A DNA stretch of 64,000 nucleotides from Leucoraja ocellata. Its lineage: Eukaryota. Position 1 is the stretch's first letter, and each line of letters starts with the position of its first letter. Location: positions 682,001 through 746,000 of the forward strand of contig JAWMAR010000471.1 of NCBI GenBank assembly GCA_036785375.1, given 5' to 3'. A program made the translations under genes and the position numbers. Below are positions 1 through 12,499 of this stretch, piece after piece. A model generated the notes under the pieces. That model had not been told where the DNA came from. It made no database searches and saw only the letters and a program-made list of their open reading frames with translations.

Positions 1-352
1 GAATCTATCGGCGGGACTCCGAGTTCAGCAATGTGATAGTGTTCTTGTAGAAGCTCATCCTACTAGTACGAGACCCGAGGCTCCTGTACCGCCTCCCTCA
101 TTGGAGGTGGGCAAACAGTCCATGGTTAGGGTGGGAGGGGTCTTTGATGAACTTCCCGGCCCGTCTCAGACACCGTTTTCGGTGCAGGGCATCCATGGCA
201 GGGAGCGGGGCACCGATGATATACTGAGCGGGTTTCACCACCCGTTGTAGTGCCTTCCTGTCCGCTACGGTGCAACTGCTGTACCATACCGTGAAGCAGG
301 TGATCAGGATGCTTTCGATGGTACAGCGGTAAAAGTTGGTTAGGATCTGACC
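1..352 (-). mobile_element. Rex1/Babar-type LINE RT C-terminal fragment
   Basis: Minus strand translates ILTNFYRCTIESILITCFTVWYSSCTVADRKALQRVVK...IKDPSHPNHGLF, the typical Rex1/Babar post-RT region; contains a stop. Confidence 0.75.
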
Positions 353-645
353 AACTTTACATTACGTTAATGAGAGTTCCATTTTATATTTGTTTCTCGC
401 ACTGAATGTAATGCCTCATTGCCTCTTACAGATGCTTTCGGTTTTCAGTACAATTAGTAATTCAGTACCAGATGCAGCCAAAGGTAGTGAGTGGGTGTTA
501 TTCATACAAGTTGGCATTACTAATTATATTTTTAATGCAAGCAATGAGTAACAAGCGAGTGTCCAGTAGAGGGCGGTAAAGTGAGTAAGTTCACCTGTGT
601 GGTAAAGATATGCTGAATCGATTTGCATTAATGTCCCACCTCCAT
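353..645 (+). repeat. Orphan copy of the GPCR-unit 3' flank
   Basis: ttaatgagagttccattttatatttgtttctcgcactgaatg...ccagtagagggcggtaaagtgagtaag matches ~17640-17910, ~36700-36975 and ~51825-52105, which lie about 450-720 bp after the GPCR stop codons. Confidence 0.9.
563..576 (+). promoter_or_regulatory. CTCF-like site
   Basis: CCAGTAGAGGGCGG fits the CTCF core CCASYAGRKGGCRS. Confidence 0.55.
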
Positions 646-1147
646 TGATGCAGCGCCGACGCTGGAACTCTGCCTAATGGAGATTCTAATGAGTGCTCAC
701 AGTCGGATTTATCTCCTCCTGCAGGGCAAGGAAATGTGAGAAATTCATTAATTTATTTTCTTCACCGATGGCGGCTGAGATTTGTATAGCTCCAAATTTG
801 AGTTGAGTACTCTCTCCCCAAATCGTCCGCTCCCGACGTGGTAACGGTTACATTTTTACATATTCTGATTGACATTTTCCCTCTCGAGGCCGAAAATACC
901 TTCGCTGAACATGTTATGCTTTATTTCTCGCCATTACTGATTAAAGTAAAAAAAAAAATCAAAAGACTGAATTGAAAACGACTAGCTTCAACTGGTGACG
1001 TCACAATGTGTTGGCTAGCAGTGATCAGCTTCACTTACGTTCGGGAACGGCTTGAGTTGGGGGACCACGCCTCCTGTGGGGGCTACGGGTAGGGAACGGG
1101 TGCGTTGGGGGAGCAGACCCTATCGTAGCCTCTCATAACGTTATATA

Positions 1148-1328
1148 CTATATTTAAGAGGGAGTTAGATGTGGCCCTTGTGGCTAAGGGGATCAGGGGG
1201 TATGGAGAGAAGGCAGGTACGGGATACTGAGTTGGATGATCAGCCATGATCATATTGAATGGCCGTGCAGGCTCGAAGGGCCGAATGGCCTACTCATGCA
1301 CCTAATTTCTATGTTTCTATGTTTCTAT
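1148..1328 (+). mobile_element. CR1 LINE (family B) 3' end
   Basis: gggatcagggggtatggagagaagg...gggccgaatggcctact and a (ttctatgt)n tail, shared with longer RT-bearing copies. Confidence 0.85.
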
Positions 1329-1339
1329 ACTTCAACCAG

Positions 1340-1570
1340 ATCTTCCTGCAATCTCCGACATTCCAGTGGGAAAGAATCCAAATATGACCAATCTCTCCCT
1401 GCACCGCTAATCCAGCCACCACTCCGGTAAATGAGCAACTGCGACTCCAAAACACGCTGTTCTTATTAAAGGTGTCCATCTTGCTTAGTTGGCAAAGACA
1501 TTCACTAATGACTTTATTACTGGTCACCAATTAGTACAGCGTGCTAGCTTAGTTAGTTTACATTAGTTCA
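1340..1570 (+). repeat. Diverged copy of an internal GPCR-unit segment
   Basis: Matches ~30895-31120, ~45725-45950 and ~60815-61045 (aatctccgac...gagcaactgcg...ttagtttacattag). Confidence 0.8.
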
Positions 1571-1609
1571 TGATAGGCGTCTACAGGGTAGACTGTCAGA
1601 ACTTTGATT

Positions 1610-2645
1610 TTCCCAACGGTCGGTTCTAACCGGGATGGCTGGTCTGGCAGATGTTGAAATAATGGAGTGACTGGCCTTGTATTTATTAGAATTTAGAAGG
1701 ATGAGAGGGGTTCTTTTTGAAACATATAATGTTATTGAGGGTTTGGACGCGCTCGAGGCAGGAAACATGTTCCCGATGTTGGGAGAGCCCAGAACCAGGT
1801 CCACGGTTTAATAATAAGGGGTAAGCCATTTAGATGGAGATGCCGAAACAAATGTTCACACATGGAGTACTGAGTCTGTGGAGGCCGGTTCTCTGGATAC
1901 TGTCAAGAGAGAACTAGATAGGTCTCTTAAAGATAGTGGAGCCTGGGGAAAAGGGGAGAAGACAGGAACGGGGTACTGATTGTGGATGATCAACCTTGAT
2001 CACATTGAATGGCGGTGGTGGCTCGAAGGGCCGAATGGCGTACTCCTGCACTTATTGTCTATTGAAAAGAAGCTTATCAGCTAATTTCCAACTGTATCAT
2101 ATCTGCAGGACCTTCTCTCTCCGCTTCCAGACCCATAAACTAATTTATTGCACAAACACATGTGTTACTTTTTAAGCTAGGGTGCTCTCTCGATTGCTAA
2201 ATAGCCTACACCTTATACTTAAACTGTGGTCCCTAGGCCTGGACCCTCTCAACATCGAGAACATGGTTCCTGCCTCCAACGTGCCCAATCCCTTAATAAT
2301 ATTTTATGTTTCAAAAAGAGCTAATCTCAGCATACTAAATTCCAGTGTATACAAGCCCAGCCGCTCCGTTATATCCACATATGACAGTCCCGCCATCCCG
2401 GGAATTAACCTCGTGAACCTACGGTGCACTTCTTCAATAGCAAGAATGTCGTTCCTCAAATCTGGAGACCGAAACTGCACACAATACTCCTGGTGTGGCC
2501 TCACTAGGGCCCTGCACAACTGCAGAATGGCTTCTTTACTCCAATACCCAATTCCTCTTGTTATGAAGGCCAACGTGCAATTAGCTTTCTTCACTGCCTG
2601 CTGTACCCGCATGCTTATTTTCAGTGAGTGATGAACAAGGACACC
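1610..2645. mobile_element. Two CR1 3' fragments (+ ~1610-2063; - ~2200-2645)
   Basis: ORF 2304..2612(-) QQAVKKAN...LVRPHQEYCVQF...RLGLYTLE is CR1 RT C-terminus; the plus fragment ends in the CR1 3' UTR. Confidence 0.8.
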
Positions 2646-3029
2646 AAGTGATACCCATCACCTTCTCAAGTGCAAAAGTTTCCCTCCCGTTCCTGTTAAA
2701 CATTTCCCCTCTCACCTTTAACCTAATTCCTCTGGTTCTTGATTCTCCAACTCTGGGTAAAGGACAAGATACAATATGCATTTACTTGTCTCATGTACCA
2801 GTTGGTACAGTGAAATGTGTGGTCAACATACAGCCATACAATAAAATAAAGAACACAACACACGATAGAGTCCAACATAAAACATCCCCACACAGCAGAA
2901 TAAAGTTTCCCACTGTGATTCAGGTGTGATTCACGTTGTCCAATCCGCTAATGACTTCATACACTCTGCCTCGTGCGCCCAAGGAACATAGGCTCAAGAT
3001 ATCAGAGATCCGCTGTGCACGCAGGCCCT

Positions 3030-4025
3030 TCGTCCCACACAATCTGCGCTTACCATCGATCACCCCATACAGTAGCACTCTACTACAAGCTGGAAACAAT
3101 TTACTATTTATAGACGTTAAAAATAAACTATATTTCTGTACGTGCTTCGAGTCTGGGAGGAAACCGGAGCACGCGGAGAAAACCCAGGCAGTCATCAGAA
3201 TCAGAATCGGAATCAGAATTATGTGTATTGTCATTTTAAAGTAGGTTCGGACGAAATTACGTTCCTGCAGACAGAACAACAACAACAAAACACACACAAT
3301 TAGCACAATTCCACACAAACATCCATCACATTGAATCTCCAAACACCTCCTCATTGTGATGGAAGGCAAAGGTCTCATCTCTTCCCTGTTCTCTGTTCTT
3401 TATTCTTGTCCCGCAGTCAAGCAGTCAAACTGCTGCATCAAGCTGATCGAAGCTTTTGATGTTCGAGACCCCGGCGGACCATGGTAAGTCCCGCGTTCGT
3501 TTACGCCGTGCCGGGCGATATAAGGCCCTGCTACCGGTCGATTTAAACCCCTTGATTCGGGCGGGAGAAGTTGCCGTTGCGGGAGCTCCGAAAAGTGGTC
3601 CCCCACAAGGGACCCGCGAGCTCCCGATGTTACCTTCCACGGGGCCTGCAGCCGGAGCCTCCGAAGCGCCGTAGTCGGATCGCAGCCGCGCGCCACCGCA
3701 GCGCTCCGTGCACCGATGTCGGCCAGCTCCGCGATAGCGAGTCCGCAGGCTGTGCGACTGGAGCCCCAGGTCGATTCCGGTTGGAGGCCGCCTGCTGCAC
3801 GATGTTAGGCCCCAACAACAACGGACACTCGAGAGGGAAAAGGTCGAGTCCAGGAACGGGGAAGATATTTAAAAATCCCCCCTGCACCCCCCCCCCCCTC
3901 CTGCCCACATATACACATCTAAAACTAATATAAAACTAAACCAAAACATACATCTAACAAGACAAAAAGAAAGAAAAGAGAGACAGACTGCGGAGGCCAT
4001 TGCCGCGAGGCGCCGCCTTCTTGTC
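3030..4025 (-). mobile_element. HE1-like SINE fragment plus a GC-rich non-autonomous repeat with (agaatc)n tail
   Basis: aaaccggagcacgcggagaaaacccaggcagtca SINE body; agaatc repeats at ~3197-3219; GC-rich body to ~4025; the overlapping ORFs are not credible proteins. Confidence 0.5.
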
Positions 4026-4151
4026 CAACCGTGAGAACTTGCAAAATCGTTGCCGACAGTTACGACACTACGCCGCCTAATTTATTCCTAGCCTGTTCAA
4101 CCTGTCCTTTCAGCGAAGTCCATGGAGGTAGTATAGTAGAGCTATGATCTG

Positions 4152-4565
4152 GAACATAGAAACATAGAAACATAGAAAATAGGTGCTGGAGTAGGCCATT
4201 CGGCCCTTCGAGCCTGCACCGTCATTCGATATGGTCATGGCTGATCATCCAAACTCAGTATCCTGTACCTGTCTCCTCTCAATACCCCCTGATCCCTTTA
4301 GCCACAAGGGCCACATCTAACTGCATCTTAAATATAGCCAATGAACTGGCCTCAACTACCTTCTCTGGCAGAAATTTCCACAGATTCACCACTCTTTGTG
4401 TAAAAAAATGAGTGTCCTAAAAGACTTCCCTCTTATCCTTAAACTGTGACCCCTTGTTCAGGACTTCCCCAACATCGGGAATAATCTTCCTCAATCTAGC
4501 CTGTCCAACCCCTTAAGAATTGTATAAGTTTCCATAAGATCCCCCCTCAATCTACTAAATTCTAC
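4152..4565 (-). mobile_element. CR1 (family B) 3' end
   Basis: (aacataga)n tail and reverse complement of the CR1 3' end. Confidence 0.85.
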
Positions 4566-5407
4566 CGAAGGAACAACCTTCTAGTGGAGGTGTTGTCATG
4601 TTCCTGTTGTGGAGGAATTCCAACACTACAGCGATGTCGAGAAGTAATTCAGTACCGGATCATTGAGCAAAAACAGTAATCACGGCCTTAAGGTATTTGC
4701 ACATTTGTGCAGTCGCCCATTGGGAAAGGCGCCATGCGTATTTAAAGTGTTTAATTTTAATGCCCTCACGTGAATATCCATCAGGGGATTTATTTCAGCA
4801 GTTGCTGTAGCTATGTATCTGGTGTCCAGTGATATATCCTGCGACACAGATGTGGATTACTCAGTAGGGCCCAATGGTGAAATATCCATCTGCATTACAG
4901 CTTATCCGCCATTTGCGGTAAATAGTTTGTTTTATTGACTTCCTATTCTTCCCGCGTCCGGGACGATTTTGCTGCTATTAGTGAAGGTCAATCATCACCT
5001 GAAATTGGAAAGTCTGTCAGGGTGTCTGTGAAGTGGAATTGGGTAACGTAATTGTGACAATTCCGGGCCAGCCCATCCTCCATCCAGAGACACCCTCGTT
5101 TTAATAACTAAAATTGTAAAATCTGCAGTTATTAACCAGGTTATCCAGGACTGAGAGAGAATGAAACAGAACACACGTTTCAGATCTCTGGTCACATGTT
5201 CTATCCCCCTGTCATAAGAGCTCTTGTAATTCTCTGCAGCTAGCGGCTAAAGTTATGGAAACGGATTCCGGAGAAGCAGCTCGCAGTTGGAAACAATAAA
5301 ACCACCAGGACACCTGCACACAATGAAAGCAAACCGCCAAATGAGAGAGAACAGGAAAGCAGGCACATCCAACCGCATCAGCGGAACAGAGAGCAAGACA
5401 AAGGCGA

Positions 5408-5445
5408 TGTTTTTGTAAGGGGCTTAACTTGTTTCCATCACTGTG
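5408..5445 (-). other. Recombination signal sequence (23-class, 22-bp spacer)
   Basis: Minus strand: perfect heptamer CACAGTG (5439-5445) abutting the V exon, 22-nt spacer (5417-5438), nonamer ACAAAAACA (5408-5416; 8/9 consensus). Confidence 0.95.
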
Positions 5446-5916
5446 CGCCTCAGTGCGCAGTAATAGACTGCAGAGTCGCTGAGATCCAGCCCTGAGATAC
5501 TCAAGCTGGTGAACTTAGTCGCGGTATTGAGCTCAATAGAGAAACGAGTGTCAGCGTATTGGGCCTTATCTTCATTGTTGTAGGTGTCTCTGCTCATAGT
5601 AAACTCGGGCTGCATACCTGGATATTGCCGGTACCAGAATAAAGTATATGCTGTCCATGTGGTATCATAGTTACAGGTTAAAGTCACCGCTTCTCCTTTT
5701 GTCTTCGTCGCCGAGGGCAGTGGCTGTGTGACAGATTCTCCGTGAATGGTGACTGTAAAATAAATATATTGAGATAGTAACAGACACCGGAGTGCCATAA
5801 AATTGCACTTCTCAAGCCAAAATCTCACTGAGTAGGGCGAGGGGAACTGAAAATATTGATCCAGAATTACCTGTCAGAAACGCTCCCCACACAACACAGA
5901 TGCCGAGGAAACGCAT
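5446..5916 (-). CDS. T-cell receptor alpha/delta variable gene segment (leader exon 5871-5916, intron 5753-5870, V exon 5446-5752)
   Basis: Leader MRFLGICVVWGAFLT, phase-1 GT..AG 118-bp intron, then VTIHGESVTQP...VTLTC...LFWYRQYPG...RFSIEL...DSAVYYCALR; both Ig cysteines and the Trp present, no stops, 3' RSS. Confidence 0.93.
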
Positions 5917-6033
5917 TTTACCCGTTCACTCTGTACTAGCTGAGTTCCAAACTTGAAGAGACACAAACTGGAGCGTTTTCTCAGTCGAAGGGCGTCTGCT
6001 GGTCTCCCTGTCACTGCCCTGTGCCCCCAGCGA

Positions 6034-6041
6034 TGTCGTCA
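6034..6041 (-). promoter_or_regulatory. CRE-like element upstream of the V leader
   Basis: TGACGACA (one mismatch to TGACGTCA) about 120 bp 5' of the ATG; CRE-like motifs are known in TCR V promoters. Confidence 0.3.
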
Positions 6042-6149
6042 GAGATGTGGGTGGGCAACGGGGTCTCAGCCAATTGAAATACACGTAGCCGGAATCCAGC
6101 TTTCCCCCCCGAGAGTATTCGCATCCGCTTGAATAAACCTTGATTGAGG

Positions 6150-6580
6150 AAGGCATGTGTGTTCTGGTAACCGGTAGTGAAGGTGCGAAGGCTGAGATTG
6201 TTAAGCGAAACAATAATAAGGTGCATATTCACAAATGGAATAGATCGGGTAAACTCACAGAGTCTCTTGGCCAGATTGGGGGGCATCGAGAAACAGAGAA
6301 CATAGATTGAAGTTGAGTGGGGAGGAAGATTTAATAGAGACCAGAAGGGTGACTTTTTCATACAAAGGGGGCGGCGCATGGAACGCGCTGGCGGAGGTAG
6401 TAGTTAAGGCAGGTACAATCGGAACGTTTAAGAAGAATATTGACATGTACATGAATAGAACTGATGTTGAGGGATATGGGCGAAAAGTTGCGGGTAGGAC
6501 TGGTGTGGATGGAACATGTTGGCCGGTGTGGGCATGCTGGGCCGAAGGGTATGTTTCCACGCTGTAAGACTCTATGATGC
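6150..6580 (+). mobile_element. Old CR1 3' fragment
   Basis: ORF 6307..6567 WNALAEVVVKAGTIGTFKKNIDMYM is the CR1 ORF2 end; gggccgaaggg 3' UTR motif. Confidence 0.75.
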
Positions 6581-6879
6581 CTTGATTCTAAAAAGAAAAC
6601 ACCACAGTATTATCGGCATCCGTCTAAAGGTGACAGGCAGTGGTCAGATCTACAGTCGATTCGGCCGTGTTGAGAAAATGGGAGTTATTACGATGTTTTG
6701 ATGTTTTCATTGAGAAATGCACGTGGTTTCTATATGAAGTAAATTACACGCAAAGCCGGAAGAATTTGCAAGGAGCCATTTTCAATCAGTTTTCAGTTCC
6801 ACTCCCCTCCATCTGCCACGTTTTGACCAATGAAATTAATTCCTGAGGACCTCACCCCAACGAGTCCACGACAACCATC

Positions 6880-7130
6880 GATGACCCGATCACTTTCGTT
6901 CCATGTTATTCCACTTTTCCATCTATTCCTTACACACCTGGTGCATGTTTACAGAGGCCAATTCACCTAAAATAACCACACGTATTTTGGATACGGGAGG
7001 AAATCAGAGCACCTGGTCGATACCGACACGGTCACAGCGAGACGGGAAAACTCCACTCAGACATTACCCGAGGACAGGATTGATCCCGGATCTCTGAAGC
7101 TTTGAGGCAGCAGCTGCGCCACTGAACCGA
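6880..7130 (-). mobile_element. tRNA-derived HE1-like SINE (degenerate)
   Basis: Minus strand has a tRNA-like head (gatccgggatcaatcc B-box-like) and a body similar to the 40270 and 58545 copies. Confidence 0.55.
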
Positions 7131-8149
7131 CAAAATGTGTGATTTGTTTTATTATAAAGATTGCAGCTGGGTGATTGTTGAACTTTAACCACAGCTAGCC
7201 GGCAAAATAGGTTTGGAATTTCCATGAGTTTCAGCAATATATCGAGTGGTCTAGTGATCTGCATTCTGCGCACCGACCGCTGCTGCCTGGATTCGGTTCG
7301 TGGTCAGGGAGTAGGGCGGTTTATTTCTGCCTCCAGTGGAACATTATTAGACCGCGCATCGTTCACTCTGTATAGTTTCAGCGTCGCCTCCACCACGTGA
7401 ACAGTCAGCAGCTGATTATCATTAAAATAATGCACTTATGCAAAAAAAACACAAACATTATGGCTACCAACGGCTAACAATACCATAATCCCGACAGGAT
7501 CAGGCGTCCAGGGCTTTCAGATACAAAATCATATTGAGATTCACATTCAAACTATATCTCCAAAATCGAAGAAAATATATGCCAACAATGGCCCACAAAT
7601 CATCTTTTCGAATATGCTAACTATACAACGTGTTGTGCGTCATGTAAACTACATGTAACACTTGCTCGCGGAATGGCGTGGATATCAGGGCAGTTGGGGA
7701 GGAGCAGCCATACATTGAGAAATCGTAACATTTGGCTGGGTCTTTACATGGAAATGGTTCCGCCTTCACAGACCTCGACTATGGGGAAAACAACTGCGAT
7801 TATTGTGAATTGTGGAATTATAGTACGTCACGTTTTTGAATTTCAAAATATACTTTATTCGAGAAATTAATATGTCCAATACATGATCCTTACAAAACCC
7901 CATCCGACATTCACGGAGGCTAAGCATACATCCAATACTGTTTACACAAATCACACAATTTTACCTCCCACCTAAGTGGTCACAAGTAACATTAGCAAAT
8001 TTGCAGATGACACAAAGCTGGGTGACAGTGTGAACAGTGAGGAGGATGCGGTGAGAATGACTTCGACAGGTTGGATGAGTGGGCAGATGCATGGCAGCAA
8101 TTTAATGTGGGTAAATGTAGGATGAGCCACTTAATTAATGTGAGGTTAG

Positions 8150-8610
8150 CCAAGTAATTCCACATCAATGCATTTTCAACGCATTCCGATGATTTTCCCC
8201 TAATATCTGGAATGACGTCACATGCGCCCCCCTGTCTGTTTTATTGGTAAAAACATCGCTCGAAATATAACTTTTTGATCAAGGACATTCCTTGCTGATA
8301 TTTATTCCTGGTCATTTGGCACGTTATACGTTATATTTTCTTATCGTTTTCATCATGAAGTGCCAACAGGTGAAATATATTAATGCCGCTGCTGTATCCA
8401 ATTGTATTCACTACCAACTGGAAAAGTCCATGTGATTTGCATCATTTAAACCGCTGCACAGGAACCATTCTCGTTTGTTTTGAACAGGAGCTCCAAGCGA
8501 AATTCAGGAAAATATTATTACTGGGTAAATGTCAAGTGAATTCAACAGTGTCTGGGAAGAGCAGTAGAAAGGTTGCAAATACAATATTACATCGCAGCAT
8601 GTGTTGATAA
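8150..8610 (+). repeat. Strongly diverged remnant of the GPCR upstream region, with no gene following
   Basis: ccctaatatctggaat...catgaagtgccaacag...tattacatcgcagcatgtg aligns to ~33120-33545, ~47930-48350 and ~62780-63200. Confidence 0.75.
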
Positions 8611-8619
8611 GTGATCACA

Positions 8620-9510
8620 CTGTTATAAGTGATGCGTGCAGAATTAGGCCACTAGGCCCATCAAGTCTACTCTGCCATTTAATCATGGATGATCCAACTC
8701 CCCCTCCCCCCAACCACATTATCCTGCCTTCTCCCTATAACCCCAAACACTCGTACTAATCCGGAATCTGTCTGTCTCTGCCTTAAATATATAAATTAAC
8801 GGCAACCACAGCTTGGTGTGGCAAAGAACTCCACAGATTCACCACCCATTATTTAAAGAAATTCGTCCTCCTTATTGCCAAAGTAACGCCATTCTATTCT
8901 GAGGCTATGGCCTATGGTCGTAGATTCTCCCTCTAATGGAATCATCCTCTCCACGTACATTCTATGCAAACCTTTCACGATTCGGTAAGTTTCAATGTGG
9001 TCCCTCCCCGATGCTTCCAGTCTCCAGCGAGTACTGGCTCAGTGTCTTCAAACGACCAACATATTTTAACTGCCTCATTCCTGAAATCGTTGTTGTAAAC
9101 GTCCTCTGGACCCTCTCCGCAGCTGGCTCATGATTCCTCAGATATGGTACCCACAATTGCTCACAATACTCCAAAGGCGAGCTGACCAGCGCCTTTGTAG
9201 TGCCTCAGTATTACATACCTGTTGTTGTATTCTTTCCCGATTGAAGTAAATGCTAGCATTGCGTTTGCCTTCTTTACTACCAATTCGATTTGCAAATTAC
9301 CTGCTTTGGGAATCCTGCACTAGCCCTCTCATGTCCCTTTGCACCTTCGATTTCTTGATTCTCTCCCGATGTTTTGAAATATTCTACGCCTTCTACCAAA
9401 ATGCTTGACTCCACACTTTGTTACTCAATATTCCATCTGCCACTGCTCTGCCCACTCTCCAAACCTATCCAAGTCCTTATGTAAAGACCCAGCTTTCTCT
9501 CCACCACCTG
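8620..9510 (-). mobile_element. Old CR1 RT 3' fragment
   Basis: EYCEQLWVPYLR and DLDRFGEWAEQWQMEY on the minus strand. Confidence 0.75.
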
Positions 9511-9744
9511 TGTATGGACCATGCTGCCGGTGAAGGTTGTTGAGGCAGGTACTGTCGCAACGTTTAAGAAATATTGCGACAGGGGCATGGATAAGATATG
9601 TTAACATGAATATGGGCCAATCGTAGGCAGGTGGGGGTGTGCAGATGGGGTACATTTTTGATCGTGGGCAGGTTGGGCCGGGGGACTACTTTTCACGCTG
9701 TATGACACTAGAACTCTATGCCAAGATCGAAGAACAACAAGTCA

Positions 9745-12499
9745 TGTTGAGCGTTGCCCCTTGGACAAGAGTGACCATAATATGGTTGAGTTCTTCTTTA
9801 GGATGGAGAGTGACATTTTCAATTCAGAAACAAGGATTCTGAACTTAAAGAAACGTAACTTTGAGGGTATGAAACGTGAATTGGCCGAGGTTGATTTACA
9901 TTTGATTCTTAAAGGGTTGACGGTGGATATGCAATGGAAGGCATTTAAACGCTGCATGGATGAACTACAACAATTGTTCATCCCAGTTTGGCAAAAGAAT
10001 AAATCAGGGAAGGTAGTGCATCCGTGGATAACAAGGGAAATCAGGATAGTATCAAAACAAAAGATGAAGCGTACAAATTAGCAAGAAAAAGCAGCCTACC
10101 AGAGGACTGGGAGAAATTTTCCAGGGCCAGATAGGCCGCATCCCAGAGTACTTAAGGAAGTAGCCCCAGAAATAGTGGATGCATTAGTGATAATTTTTAA
10201 AAACTCCTTAGATTCTGGAGTAGTTCATGTGGATTGGAGGGTAGCTAATTTAACCGCACTTTTAAAAAAGTAGCGAGAGAGAAAACTGGGAATTACACAC
10301 CAGTTAATCTAGCATCGGTAGTGGGGAAACTGCTAGAGTCTGTTATTAAAGATGGGATAGCAGCACATTTGGAAAGTGGTGAAATCATTGGAGAAAGTCA
10401 GCATGGATTTACGAAAGGCAAATCCAGTTGAGCAGAGGAATCTGGAATAACCGTGCATAGTTCCTTGAAGGTGGAGTCTCATATAGATAGGGTGGTAAAG
10501 AAAGCTTTTGATATGCTAGACTTTATAAATCAGAGCATTGAGTATAGAAGCTGGGATGTCATGTTAAAATTGTACAAGGGATTGGTGAGACCAAATCTGG
10601 AGTATGGTGTACAATTTTGGTCGCCCAAGTATAGGAAGGATGTCAACAAAATAGAGAGAGCACAGGGGTGATTTACTAGAATGGTGCCTGGGTTTGAAGA
10701 ACTAAATTACAGAAATAGGTTGAATAGGTTAGGTCTTTATTCTCTGGAGCGCAAGATAATAAGGGAGGACTTGATAGAGGTCTTTAAAATGATGAGAGGG
10801 ATATACAGAGTTGATGTGGACAAGCTTTTACCTTTGAGAATAGGGAAGATTCAAAAAAGAGGACATGATTTCAGAATTAAGGGACAGAAGTTTAGGGGTA
10901 ACATGAGGGGGGACTTCTTTACTCAGAGAGTGGTAGCGGTGTGGAATGAGCTTCCAGTGGAAGTGGTGGAGGCAGGTTCGTTGGTCTCATTTAAAAATAA
11001 ATTGGATAGGCATATGGACGAGAAGGGAATGGAGGGTTATGGTATGAGTGCAGGCAGGTGGGACTAAGGGAAAAAAAGTTGTTCGGCACGGAGTTGTAGG
11101 GCCGAGATGGCCAGTTTCCGTGCTGTAATTGTCATATCGTTATATGGTTATATGTCTGACGAATCTTATGGAATTTAACGAGGATGTAACTAATGGAGTG
11201 GATAAGGGAGAAACAGTGGGTGTGGACTTCCAGAAGGCTTTCGACAAGGTCCCACATAAGAGATTAGTATACAAACTTAAAGCACACGGTATTGGGGTTT
11301 CTGTATTGATGTGGATAGAGAACTGGCTTGCAAACAGGAAGCAAAGAGTAGGAGTAAACGGGTCATTTTCAGAATGGCGGGCAATGACTAGTGGGGTACC
11401 GCAAGGCTCAGTGCTGGGACCTCAGCTATTCACAATATATATTAATGATTTGGACGAGGGAATTGAATGCAACATCTCCAAGTTTGCGATGACACGAAGC
11501 TGGGGGGCAATGTTAGCAGTCAGGAGGATGCTAAGAGGCTGCAGGGTGAATTGGATAGGCTGGGTGAGTGGGCAAATGCACGGCAGTTGTCGTTGTCTTA
11601 ATGCATTTCGTTGTCTCTGTACTGTACACTGACAATGACAATTAACATTGAATCGGAATCGGCAGATGCAATATAATGTGTATACATGTGAGGTTATCCA
11701 CTTTGGTGGCGAAACCAAGAAAGTAGACTATTATCTGAATGGTAGCCGATTAGGAAAAGGGGAGATGCAACGAGACCTGGGTGTCATGGTACACCAGTCA
11801 TTTAAAGTAGACATGCAGGTGCAGCAGGCAGTGAAGAAAGCGAATGGTATGTTAGCTTTCATAGCAAAATGATTTGAGTATAGGAGCAGAGAGGTTCTAC
11901 TGCAGTTGTACAGGGTCTATAGCAGACACCACCAGGAGTATTGCGTACAGTTTGTTCTCCAAATCTGAGGAAAGACATTCTTACCATACAGGGAGTACAG
12001 ATAAGGTTCACCAGACTGATTCCTGGGATGACATGACTTTCAAATGAAGAAAGACTTGATAGACTCGGCTTGTACTCGCTACACTTTAGGAGATTGAGGG
12101 GGTATCTTATAGAAACTTACAAAATTCTTAAGGGGTTGGACAGGCTAGATGCAGGAAGATTGTCCCCGTTGTTGGGGAAGTCCAGGACAAGGGGTGAGAG
12201 TATAACGATAAAGGGGAATTATTTTAGGACCCAGATGAGAAAAACATTTTTTCACACAGAGAGTGGTGAATCTCTGGAACTCTCTGCCACAGAAGGTAGT
12301 TGAGGCCAGTTCATTGGCTATATTTAAGAGGGGGTTTGATGTGGCCCTTGTGGGTAAAGGGATCAGGGGGTATCAAAAGAAAGCAGGAACAGGATACTGA
12401 GTTGGATGATCAGCCATGATCATATTGAATGGTGGTCAGGCTCGAAGGGCCGAATGGCCTACTCCTGCAACTATTATCTATGTTTCTATGTTTCTATGT
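9745..12499 (+). mobile_element. 5'-truncated CR1 (family B) ORF2, degenerate, with nested insertions
   Basis: SDHN endonuclease end, [26 protein letters not shown](D)D, (ttctatgt)n tail. Confidence 0.9.
10425..11151 (+). mobile_element. CR1 (family A) 3' fragment nested in a family-B CR1
   Basis: Interrupts aaatc|atgtctgacgaatc of the host; ends in a (ttatatgg)n tail; near-identical to 43085-43815. Confidence 0.9.

Noticed and set aside
640-1140. Unique-looking stretch with a gtgacgtcac palindrome
   Set aside because: Possibly an unrecognised repeat; no TIR, TSD or ORF could be supported
3400-3933. Several overlapping GC-rich ORFs
   Set aside because: They lie in a GC-rich interspersed repeat where stop codons are rare; no protein features
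5424-5828. ORF-track 134-aa single-exon V protein
   Set aside because: The N-terminus is intron and the C-terminus reads through the RSS; the spliced model is used instead
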